Origin: Rhizobium sp. | GTDB lineage: Bacteria; Pseudomonadota; Gammaproteobacteria; Burkholderiales; Thiobacillaceae | Length of the DNA stretch: 32,000 bases | Reading direction: 5' to 3' | Assembly (NCBI GenBank): GCA_019459285.1 | Contig: JAIBEL010000045.1 | Span: forward strand, 26,149-58,148 | Shown here: positions 8,466 to 16,998 of the stretch, piece by piece | Layout of the letters: every line of letters starts with the position of its first letter | Numbering within the stretch: position 1 is the first letter of the stretch | Notes under the pieces: model-generated | Databases searched by the model: none | Told to the model about the DNA's origin: nothing | What the model saw: the letters and a program-made list of their open reading frames with translations, nothing else | Translations under genes and position numbers: made by a program

Positions 8466-11400
8466 ATGTCGAATGGGATGCGTTCGTGCGCTCAAGGCAT
8501 GCGTTGGGTTAGGTGTTTAATTAAGGATCGCACCTCACGAAATCTCGGCTTGCTGAAAAGGACATTAAAGCAAAGCCTGATCCACACATTCCTTACTACG
8601 ATTTTTTTCTGCCCTATTGTTCAAGCAGAATCGCTGGCGATCCACCCGATTATTGCAGCACCGACAGACAGTCCAGTTATCCCTGATCTGAATATTTACA
8701 ACGGCTGCTCGCTTATTCCCGTCGGTGGATATGGGGTTGATTTGTCCTCCGGCTTCTCTTACACCGTCGTAGAGCGCTGCGATGCGACGGCCAGTGCAAT
8801 TGGGCCGTTTCTTTCAAGCGGATGGCACGCAGAAAACAACTGCACCCCATTCAATTCTAGTTTCACTCCGTGCAATGGATACTGGCCTGTTTTATTGGAT
8901 AAAACACCGAAATGCCCTGCAGGCTATTCCATGGGTTCTGGAGTGTGCATTTCAAATGGGAATCCTGTTCCAGATAAAAATCTAGGTTCTGGACTTTGTA
9001 TAGGGAACCCCATCAATGCAGCCATGGGTGTGAAATATCAGAATGAGGTAGATGTCTATCCAATCTCATATGGAGGCTTGAGTTTTGAGCGAAGCTACAA
9101 CAACATTCAAAGTCAGTTCATTCCAATCAAATTGGAGAGTAACTATTGGCGTCACAATTATGATGGCCGTTTAATCATCAAAAATTGGCAAGGGACTACA
9201 GCAACCGTGGTTGCTGCCCGACCAAACGGAAAGAGTTTTTACTTCACGTTGGTGGGTGCTCTCTGGGCGGTAGATAGTGACATTCCCGATCATTTAACCG
9301 AACTCAAAGACACCAACAACGTCCGCACTGGCTGGCGCTACACTATCGCTGCTGACGACTCCGTCGAGACCTACGATGTTACCGGCAAGCTGCTTACCAT
9401 TGCCGAACGTTCCGGTCACACCCAAACCCTCACCTACGGGCGGCACCATCACCTACGGCTACGACGCCCAGAACAATCTCATCTCCGTCCAATACCCCGA
9501 CGGCAAGACCAAGACCTACCTCTACGAGAACCCCATCTTCCCCCATGCCCTGACCGGCATCGTTGACGAGAACGGCGACCGCTACGCCATCTACCGTTAC
9601 GACAGCCAGGGTCGTGCCGATGACGAAGACCACGGCGGCTCCGTCGATCATTACAATCTGGCCTACACTACCGACGCCTCAGGCACCCCGGTCAGCACCA
9701 CCGTCACCGACCCCCTCAGCACCCAGCGCACCTATAACTTCCAGACCATCCTCGGCGTCGTCAAGAGCACCGGCGTCTCCCAGCCCGGCGGCTCCGGTTG
9801 CAGCGCTTCGTCGTCCGCCATCACCTACGACCCCAACGGCAACGTCGCCAGCCGCGCCGACTTTAACGGTCATAAGACCTGCTACGCGTATGATCTGGCT
9901 CGCAACCTCGAAACCGCCCGCGTCGAAGGCCTGGCCTCCAGTGCGAGTTGCCCGAGCGATCCTGCCACCTACACCCCGGCTGCCAACACTGCCGAGCGCA
10001 AGATCCTCACCCAGTGGGATACCCGCTTCCGCCTGCCGACCAAAGTCACCGAAGCCGGCCGCGAGACCACCACCGTCTACGACAGCCACGGCAACGTCAC
10101 CAGCCTCAGCATCAAGGACACAGCCAGCGGCCAGACCCGCACCTGGACCACCAGCTACACCTACCACGCCAGCGTCCCCGGCGTCCTCGTCCAGACAGTC
10201 GAAGACGGCCCCCGCACCGACGTGGCGGATATCACCACCACCGACTACTACGCCCCCGACGAGAACTGCGTCGGCGACCCCTTGGGCTGCCGTGGCCAGG
10301 TCAAGCAGATCACCAACGCCCTCGGCCACATCACCACTTATAACGAATACGACGCCAACGGCCGCGTCCTCCGGACCACCGACCCCAACGGCCTCGTCAC
10401 CACCTTCGGCTACAGCCCGCGCGGCTGGCTCACCAGCCGCAGCGTCGGCAGCGAGACCACGTCGTTTGACTACGACGGCGTCGGTCAGCTCACCAAATTC
10501 ACCCGGCCCGACGGCAGCTATGTCAGCTTCGAATACGACCCCGCCCATCGACTCACCGCGATCGTCCAGCAGGACGGCGGTCGCCTCACCTACACCCTGG
10601 ATGCCATGGGCAACCGCATCCAGGAGGAGATCACAGGTCTGGGTGGCCACTACATCCAACGCCACACATTCGATGCCTTGGGCCGGCTATGGAAGGACAT
10701 CGGCGTTTACAACGACACCATTACCTACAGCTACGATGCCAAAGGCAACCTTACCGGTGTCGACGGCGCCCGTACCGACGTTGCCGACGTCACCAGCCAC
10801 AGCTACGACGCCCTCGACCGCCTCACCCAGACCCTCAACGCCGACGGCGGCATCGAGCAAATCAAGCCCAACGCCCTCGACCAAGTCACCCAGGTCGTCG
10901 ACCCCGCCAACCAAGCCACCACCCAAACGGTCGATGCCTTCGGCGAGGTCACCCGGACCGTCAGTGCCGACACCGGCACCACCACGCGTACCTACGACGA
11001 AGCCGGCAACCTCAAGACCGAGACCGACGCCCGCAATGTCACTGTCAGCTACACCTACGATGCACTGAACCGGCTTACCCAGAAGCAAAGCAACCAGAGC
11101 GGCAGTCCTGTCTACCAGTATTTCTACGACGACTGCGGCGCCGGCTACCTGTGCTGGACCTGGCGTAACAGCACACTCAACAACTACTTCAACTACGACG
11201 CGATGGGACGACTGAGCTACCGGCTGGATTTCGGCGGCGTCGGGGCATATTCCGACTACGCCTACCACCCCGGCGGCCAGCTTGCCACGCTGACCTATCC
11301 CACCGGCCGCAGCGTCACCTACAGCTACGATGCCCAGGGCCGTATCAGCCAGGTGGCCACCCAGCCTGCAAGCGGCAGCCCTGTTACCGTGCTGGCCCGC

Positions 11401-12744
11401 AATATCACCTACTACCCCTACGGCCCCATCAGGAGCTTCACCTACGGCAACAACCAATATTTCCAGCTAGGGCTCAACCTGGCCTACCGCATCGACTCCT
11501 TGGGCGATGGCCCCGTCTTCAACGGCCACGACTGGAACCCCGACGGTACGCTGAGCCGTTTGGGCACACGCCGAGGTACCCAGACCTTCAGCATTCCCTA
11601 CACCTACGACGCCACCGGCCGCCTCGTCTCCGCCCTCGATAGCGGTGTCGGCGGCTACGGCAGCCTCACCTGGGTCTACGACAAGAACGGCAACCGCCAG
11701 AGCGAAACCCGCAACGCTGGCACCATGCCCTACGCCTACAGCCCGCCCAACTGGCTCTACCAGAAAGGCGGCGAGACCCGGCCACGCACCGCCAACGGCA
11801 ACACCCTGAGCACGAGCACGGCCACCTTTACTTACGACGGCTACAACCGCCTCGCCACCAGCCAGACTGCAAGCGAGACCACCACCTACAGCTACAACGC
11901 CTTCGGCGAGCGGATGAAGAAGATCAACCAGAATGGTCTGTCCACCGTCTTCCACTACGGCCCCGACGGCGAACTGCTGTGGGAGAAGGATCAGGCCGGC
12001 AACAGCAAGGTCTACGTTTGGCTCTATGGACGGCCCTTGGCCCGGATCGACAACGACGCGCAGATTGTCTACTACCACGTCGATCGACTGGGTACGCCGC
12101 AGGCGATGACGGACGCAACCGGAACCGTCGTGTGGAAGGCTTACTACGATCCTTTCGGCAGTGCGACCCTAAGAGTCAACACGATCGAGAACAACCTCAG
12201 GCTGCCCGGCCAGTACTACGACCGCGAGACAGGGCTGCATTACAACTACTTCAGGGATTACGATCCGACGACGGGACGGTATGTTGAGGCGGATCCGATT
12301 GGGTTGGCCGGGGGGACAAACCTCTATGCGTATGTTGGTGGCAATCCTATAAACGCCACCGACCCACGGGGATTGGTCAAACTTTATGGAAGTTGGTGCG
12401 GTCCCGATTGGACTGGTGGGTTTTCGAAACAATATGACCAACTAGATGATATCGAGCGGTCGATAATGCTTCCGCCTGTTGACGATCTTGATCGGTGCTG
12501 CCAAGTTCATGACATTACATACGCATCGTGTCGTAAACAATTTCCTTGTGACCCAGAGGCAAGAAAACAGTGTTTCAAGAATGCGGATAGATCGTTAAAC
12601 AGTTGTTCGACGAATTCGCATGGTGATGCGTCCAGCCAGATATTGCTCTTTGGAAATGCCAAGAAACGTATTGCCGACTACATGAAAGAGTCCGACCCAG
12701 GCCCTGGTTCTAATGCCTCTAATTGTTCCTGTTCAACGAAATAA
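8466..12744 (+). pseudogene. rhs: Rhs/YD-repeat polymorphic toxin, reading frame broken at about 9440 (fragments 8466-9566 and 9376-12744)
   Basis: ATG at 8466 follows GGGGAGGG. There is an N-terminal hydrophobic signal-like segment. GNPINAAMGVKYQNEVD marks the start of the Rhs region, followed by dozens of YD repeats. The C-terminal Rhs core ends with YDPTTGRYVEADPIGL...NPINATDPRGL. The frame switches (+1) between ...GHTQTLTY and GGTITYGYDAQNN. Confidence 0.85.
12376..12741 (+). other. Rhs C-terminal toxin domain, phospholipase A2-like
   Basis: This domain begins immediately after DPRGL. YGSWCGPDWTGG (12385-12420) resembles the W-C-G-x-G calcium loop of secreted PLA2. DRCCQVHDITY (12496-12522 covers CCQVHDITY) matches the CCxxHDxxY catalytic motif of secreted PLA2 (compare bee-venom group III). 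Composition is AT-rich relative to the Rhs core. Confidence 0.55.
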
Positions 12745-12759
12745 AAGTGAACAAATAAG

Positions 12760-13098
12760 ATGAGACTCTCGCGAAAAATTGGATTGGCACTAGCCGGAAT
12801 TCATCTTGCAGTGTTTGTTGTGTTCTTGATCTACCTACAGTCATCTACGAATGGGCAGGTACGCTTGCTTTGGACTCTCTGGTTACCTATTGACTTTCCA
12901 ATCTCCTATGCCGTGATATTTGGCTTGGAGAGAATCCCCGATACAGTACCTGTTGGTGCATTCTTGCGCACATACCTTCCTCATGTTGTTCATGGGATAT
13001 GTGGAACTCTGTGGTGGTTTTATCTGCCAAGCCTAGTTGCCATGTTTTTCTCGTGGCTCGGGAAAAGGGCTCGTCCCACGACACCCGATAGTCGTTAG
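12760..13098 (+). CDS. Small polytopic membrane protein, candidate cognate immunity protein (RhsI)
   Basis: 112-aa ORF starting 15 nt after the rhs stop, with the same AT-rich composition as the toxin tip. Three or four hydrophobic helices are visible. The immunity role is inferred from position only. Confidence 0.5.
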   Translation: MRLSRKIGLALAGIHLAVFVVFLIYLQSSTNGQVRLLWTLWLPIDFPISYAVIFGLERIPDTVPVGAFLRTYLPHVVHGICGTLWWFYLPSLVAMFFSWLGKRARPTTPDSR

Positions 13099-13127
13099 TC
13101 CGCACCCAATCTAACGAGCCAGGCTTA

Positions 13128-13184
13128 CACATCAGGGGTCAGGCTCACATCCGGGGTCACACATCCGGCACATCCGGGGTCAGA
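13128..13184. repeat. Cluster of direct repeats of the 15-mer CACATYMGGGGTCAS (three full copies plus one half copy); a further copy lies at 13358-13372
   Basis: cacatcaggggtcag at 13128-13142, cacatccggggtcac at 13146-13160, cacatccgg at 13160-13168, cacatccggggtcag at 13170-13184, cacattcggggtcag at 13358-13372. Confidence 0.8.
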
Positions 13185-13362
13185 TACCGTCTTGAATTGC
13201 AACCCCTTTCATAGCGAAATTCGCATCAAATGGTTTTCCTGATTTCACCACCCCGTAGATCAAATGGGTGAGTTTGCGCATCGCCGCGCCTACAACAGCC
13301 TTTGGTGCCAGGCCGTTCGCTTTCATACGTGCGCCAAAGACCTGCAGAATCGCATAGCACAT
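13180..13362 (-). pseudogene. C-terminal remnant of an IS110-family transposase
   Basis: The 60-aa ORF ...GLAPKAVVGAAMRKLTHLIYGVVKSGKPFD... resembles the conserved C-terminal helix of IS110/IS116/IS902 transposases. The catalytic N-terminal part is absent. The fragment is bracketed by two copies of the 15-mer repeat. Confidence 0.55.
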
Positions 13363-13445
13363 TCGGGGTCAGGTCTTGCAAAACAACATCTCTATCACCC
13401 CTCGGGTTTGGAGAGAATGTGTTATTACAAGACCCCGATGTGCAG

Positions 13446-13964
13446 TCACTCGTCCTCCCAATAATCTAGGGTGCCACTCTCGCGTCCGACGAAGATGAAT
13501 CGTTGCGGTTTGCCATCCGCACCCGCAGCGAATTCGGCCAGGACGCCAAATTTCCCCGAATCCGGATACTCGCAGATTTCGGGCGAGAGCTTGGTGCTCA
13601 CCGCCAGATAGCGCAGCTCCTCCGTGCCGGTATTGGTGATCTGGTGTGCAACTTCCTTGCCGCCAGCCGGACATGCGATCACGTCACCTTCGCGGACGGG
13701 ATAGGTGTGTGTCCCGATTCTGGCCTCCCCCGTGCCTTGCAGAATGAAGAACATCTCTTCGTTTACCTGGTGATTGTGGAAAGGAAACGCCCGTTTTCCG
13801 GGCGGTACGGCCGTGATGTTGTATCCGAGCTTCTGCGCGCCGACACGCGGGCCGATAAAACCCATCCTCGCATCAAAGCGCTCTGCGGCGGTCCCCGTGG
13901 GTGCGAATGCAGAAGGGCGCGGTTCAAGTTCGACATCAGCAATGTTGATGATGGGCTTGGCCAT
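13446..13964 (-). CDS. Cupin domain protein
   Basis: 172-aa ORF with GGAGAG before its ATG. The cupin motifs are PPGKRAFPFHNHQVNEEMFFILQGTG and GDVIACPAG...H.I.N. Confidence 0.8.
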   Translation of the reverse strand: MAKPIINIADVELEPRPSAFAPTGTAAERFDARMGFIGPRVGAQKLGYNITAVPPGKRAFPFHNHQVNEEMFFILQGTGEARIGTHTYPVREGDVIACPAGGKEVAHQITNTGTEELRYLAVSTKLSPEICEYPDSGKFGVLAEFAAGADGKPQRFIFVGRESGTLDYWEDE

Positions 13965-14230
13965 GCAGTCTCTCCAGTTGTTTCAATGAAATCCCGCGTA
14001 GTGGCGCCGATCACACGCCGGCGGACGGGCAAGGCGCCTGAGTCCGGACGCCAACCGGCAGATGGAACGCGTCCATCTGCGTTTTTGAATGATGCCGTTG
14101 TTTGGCAGTGTCCGCCACTCTGAAAAAAGGAACTTCTTCAGACCCGATCCCTCTTAAACTGCCGGCAAATTGTCGTCCATTCCGGCCTGCCGCAGCGGGA
14201 GGCCCAGTGTTTGCAATACGGGGAAAAACC

Positions 14231-15067
14231 ATGGCCTGTAGTGTTGACGTTCTTAAAGAAGTCCCACTGTTTTCATTGCTCGACGACGAAGAACTCGCCG
14301 TCCTCGCCAGTCAGGTCGAGCTGCGCAAATTCACGCCGCGCCAGCGGATCTTCAAGATTGGCGACCAGAGCGAACGCGCGTTCATCATGGTCTCGGGTTC
14401 CGTCGAGGTCACGACCATCGACGAGGACAACCAGGTCGTGCTTCTCGACATGCCCAGCCATGGCGATGTATTCGGCTTCGCCTCGATGCTGGCGCAGACA
14501 CCGCACCAGACCGAAGCCACGGCCGTCGAGGAGACTGAATGCATCGAAGTGGATCTCCATGACATCACCGTTCTCCTGAGGAAGAAACCGGACGCCGGTC
14601 TGGACCTGATGACCGTCATGGGCAAGCAGTTCCATGCCGCGGAAAGACTGGTCCGCCTCCGCGCCGCACGCAACCCGAATGATGTGATCGAAGAGGCCGA
14701 GACGCTGGGCGAGCGGATTGCCGACGTCGTGGCCTCCTTCGGCGGCTCGTGGACGTTCATCATGGCGTTTGCCGTGGTCCTTGCCGTGTATTCCGCCATC
14801 AACGTCGAACTGGGCAGCAAGGCATGGGACCCCTACCCCTTCATCCTGCTCAACCTTTTTCTTTCGATGCTTGCCGCGATACAGGCCCCCATCATCATGA
14901 TGAGCCAGAACCGCCAGGACAAGAAAGATCGCCTACGGAGCGAACTCGATTTCGACGTCAACCGCAGGGCGCATGCCGAAATCCAGGGACTCGCCCACAG
15001 GATCAACATGCTGCATGACAAGATCGACGATGTCGGGGAAATGGTCCGTACGCCCAAGGCATCATGA
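14231..15067 (+). CDS. Cyclic-nucleotide-binding domain protein fused to a DUF1003-type membrane domain
   Basis: ATG at 14231. The 43 upstream codons in the ORF track look non-coding. The N-terminal cNMP-binding fold is LKEVPLFSLLDDEELAVLA...GDVFGFASML. The C-terminal part has two TM helices and QNRQDKKDRLRSELDFDVN, typical of DUF1003. Confidence 0.75.
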   Translation: MACSVDVLKEVPLFSLLDDEELAVLASQVELRKFTPRQRIFKIGDQSERAFIMVSGSVEVTTIDEDNQVVLLDMPSHGDVFGFASMLAQTPHQTEATAVEETECIEVDLHDITVLLRKKPDAGLDLMTVMGKQFHAAERLVRLRAARNPNDVIEEAETLGERIADVVASFGGSWTFIMAFAVVLAVYSAINVELGSKAWDPYPFILLNLFLSMLAAIQAPIIMMSQNRQDKKDRLRSELDFDVNRRAHAEIQGLAHRINMLHDKIDDVGEMVRTPKAS

Positions 15068-15145
15068 CGCCGAACAGGCTGAATGGGATCGTCAGATCCC
15101 GGCCAAATCCTTCCGGCCCGGTTCAAGGCTTAAGGGTAGCGAGTA

Positions 15146-15165
15146 CCCAGAATAGTGGCGGAGGA
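15146..15165. repeat. Distal att repeat of the selC island (displaced copy of the tRNA-Sec 3' end)
   Basis: tggcggaggaagtgggagtc matches tggcggaaggaagtgggagtc at 26582-26602 with a single 1-nt indel. Confidence 0.8.
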
Positions 15166-15231
15166 AGTGGGAGTCACAAAATACCTTGAGAATGTCTTGT
15201 TTAAATGGGTGTATGAAATACGCCCTATACT

Positions 15232-15252
15232 GTTACCCCCAGAGTTACCCCC
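15232..15252 (+). promoter_or_regulatory. Two GTTACCCCC repeats, candidate integrase/excisionase arm-type binding sites (distal arm)
   Basis: gttaccccc occurs at 15232-15240 and 15244-15252. The same motif is clustered at 26420-26478 next to int. Confidence 0.45.
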
Positions 15253-15325
15253 TACGGCATATGTCACCCTATTGCATGGGGTGGTTTCAGGCAAATCATC
15301 CCCACTCACGAGCACGTACTCAACC

Positions 15326-15865
15326 CTATTGCGCAAGCGCTTCGACCAATTTGATGGCTATCCGCTGATGGTCCTCAGGCAACGCTCTGAACGCAGCAAG
15401 TAGTCTGACTTCAGCGGCTGAGCCGCATTGCTCACCTTGCACCATGCCAAATAGCTCCTTGGCATCAAAACCCAAAGCCTCGCCTAACCTTATCAGATGA
15501 TTTCCTCGTGGGATTGCCCTTTTGCCATTCTCCCAGGTGGCGACAGCAGTTTGCGAAACACCGACAAAGATAGCGAGTTGTTCCTGAGTAAGGCCACGGC
15601 GGAGCCTGAGCGTCTTGATCCGCTCAGGGAAGGTCATGCCATCGAATACTTCGATTCCGTCCAGGTACCCAGATGGCATGCCATATTCCCGTTCGATCCG
15701 ACGGGCTGCATGTGAGCCAAATACTTCCTTGCCGAGCAGAAGTTGCCCGAGATAGCCCTTCTCTTTTCGTGGCATCGGCTTGCCATCAAACCATTCCTTG
15801 AGCTTCGACTGCCTAACAGTCATGAGCGCCCTGTCAGGATGATCTTCGATATTTTTGTTGTTCAT
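15326..15865 (-). CDS. XRE-family helix-turn-helix transcriptional regulator (two HTH-like halves)
   Basis: 179-aa ORF. The canonical HTH_3 segment is LRLRRGLTQEQLAIFVGVSQTAVATWENGKR. The N-terminal half (GYLGQLLLGKEVFGSHAARRIEREYGMPSGYLD) resembles a second, degenerate phage-repressor HTH. Confidence 0.8.
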   Translation of the reverse strand: MNNKNIEDHPDRALMTVRQSKLKEWFDGKPMPRKEKGYLGQLLLGKEVFGSHAARRIEREYGMPSGYLDGIEVFDGMTFPERIKTLRLRRGLTQEQLAIFVGVSQTAVATWENGKRAIPRGNHLIRLGEALGFDAKELFGMVQGEQCGSAAEVRLLAAFRALPEDHQRIAIKLVEALAQ

Positions 15866-16144
15866 CTAGTGCTTCTCCTCCCCCAACCCACTGAGTACGT
15901 TGCCCAGAACGCCGACCAGAGTCTCCATCCCAGACGCCATTAGTTCAAGCTGCTCGTTATTTGGCTCCGCAGCATCCAGGATAGCCAGAGTTTTGCCAAG
16001 CGGCACTTCGCCGTAAAGTCCTTGATAATGAGCCAGATTCAATGCCAGCAGCCGAGCACACTCGGCAAGTTGTTCCTTGGTGGCCTGCTCGATTAGCAGA
16101 TCAGCCAGCTTGTAGTACTGTTCGAACTCCGATGGGTCGGCCAT
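15866..16144 (-). CDS. Hypothetical small helical protein, translationally abutting the HTH gene
   Basis: Coding-like ORF whose TAG is followed immediately by the ATG of the HTH gene. The start was chosen at MADPSEF (16144), with an alternative ATG at 16159. Longer extensions would overlap the divergent nuclease gene. Confidence 0.5.
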   Translation of the reverse strand: MADPSEFEQYYKLADLLIEQATKEQLAECARLLALNLAHYQGLYGEVPLGKTLAILDAAEPNNEQLELMASGMETLVGVLGNVLSGLGEEKH

Positions 16145-16163
16145 ATGAGGGCACTGCATCAAA

Positions 16164-16670
16164 ATGTGGAAGTCAGACTTTACCCGAGCACGACTGCTCC
16201 TTGGCATCCTGCTGGCATCGATCAGCATGGCTGCGACAGCGGGAACCCTAGTCGGGAGCGTGATTGGCGTCACAGATGGCGACACCTTGACTCTCCTGGT
16301 TGATCGTCAGGCTTACAAGGTACGGATTGCCGGGATCGACGCCCCTGAGAAACGACAAGCCTGGGGTGAGAAGTCGAAAACCAACCTGAGCAGGCTGGCT
16401 TTCAATCAGGAGGCGGTCGCAGAATGTCCGAAGGTTGACCGTTGGGGGCGGCAGATATGCAAGGTCTCAGTAAATGCTGTTGATATTGGCCTGGAACAAA
16501 TTAAGGATGGCATGGCTTGGTGGTACAGGAAGTACGCCAAAGAGCAATCCTCGGATGACCAATCAGCCTATGAAAACATGGAATTGATGGCAAAGCTTAG
16601 AAGGCTTGGGCTATGGAGTGACACAAACCCCATACCACCTTGGTATTTCAGATCGGAATCAACCCGATAA
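16164..16670 (+). CDS. Exported thermonuclease (staphylococcal nuclease, SNase-like)
   Basis: The signal peptide is MWKSDFTRARLLLGILLASISMAATA. The SNase motifs are VTDGDTLTLL...VRIAGIDAPEK...DRWGRQIC...GLEQIKDGMAWWYRKY. Confidence 0.8.
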   Translation: MWKSDFTRARLLLGILLASISMAATAGTLVGSVIGVTDGDTLTLLVDRQAYKVRIAGIDAPEKRQAWGEKSKTNLSRLAFNQEAVAECPKVDRWGRQICKVSVNAVDIGLEQIKDGMAWWYRKYAKEQSSDDQSAYENMELMAKLRRLGLWSDTNPIPPWYFRSESTR

Positions 16671-16721
16671 CAGAAAAAATTACAGGTTGCTAAAACGGCA
16701 ACTAGAAGGAGGGGGGATGAA

Positions 16722-16973
16722 ATGGAAAGCGACTGCAGCACTGGATGGATTGCCGCAGCAATCATTTTTGCTGTTGCCTATTGGGGTTCATTCTTTGACG
16801 ACAATAAAGAACCCGTTTACGGCGAAGAGCTTCACCTGCCTGTGAATTGTAGAGCTTACGTTCAAGCATCCGTAGATGGCTTCAGGAGCGGCGAGTATGA
16901 CGCAAATTCGGCCATGAACGGACTAGAACGTAATTGCGGCGCGAATGGCGCGGCATGGAAGAATAATCGCTAG
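16722..16973 (+). CDS. Hypothetical small membrane-anchored or exported protein
   Basis: AAGGAGGGGGG at 16706-16716 precedes ATG at 16722. An N-terminal hydrophobic helix (WIAAAIIFAVAYWG) is followed by a soluble domain containing Cys residues. AT-rich. Confidence 0.5.
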   Translation: MESDCSTGWIAAAIIFAVAYWGSFFDDNKEPVYGEELHLPVNCRAYVQASVDGFRSGEYDANSAMNGLERNCGANGAAWKNNR

Positions 16974-16998
16974 TCGGCAGCATCAGAGGGAGGAAATA

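Noticed and set aside
9420-9470. Programmed ribosomal frameshift joining the two Rhs fragments
   Set aside because: No slippery heptamer or downstream stimulatory structure is evident. A 19-nt insertion flanked by a 10-nt direct repeat explains the break more simply.
9563-11068. 501-aa Pro/Thr/Ser/Ala-rich ORF and other long alternative frames inside rhs (for example 9679-10665 on the minus strand)
   Set aside because: These are repetitive low-complexity translations generated by the YD-repeat DNA in non-coding frames. The YD-repeat frame is unambiguous.
15288-15295. A fourth CAGGCAAA box on the plus strand near the distal island end
   Set aside because: About one chance 8-mer match is expected in 64 kb of two-strand sequence. 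This one is on the opposite strand, has no adjacent hairpin or ACCACAA box, and no gene follows it.
15155-15403. 82-aa plus-strand ORF starting at the distal att repeat
   Set aside because: It runs across the att core and arm-type repeats and overlaps the 3' end of the HTH gene on the other strand. It has no RBS and an odd composition.
16606-16845. 79-aa ORF (containing MKWKATAALDG...) in an alternative frame to the 83-aa ORF
   Set aside because: Its internal ATG sits directly against the RBS. The 16722 frame has proper spacing, a TM helix and a longer coding-like product.
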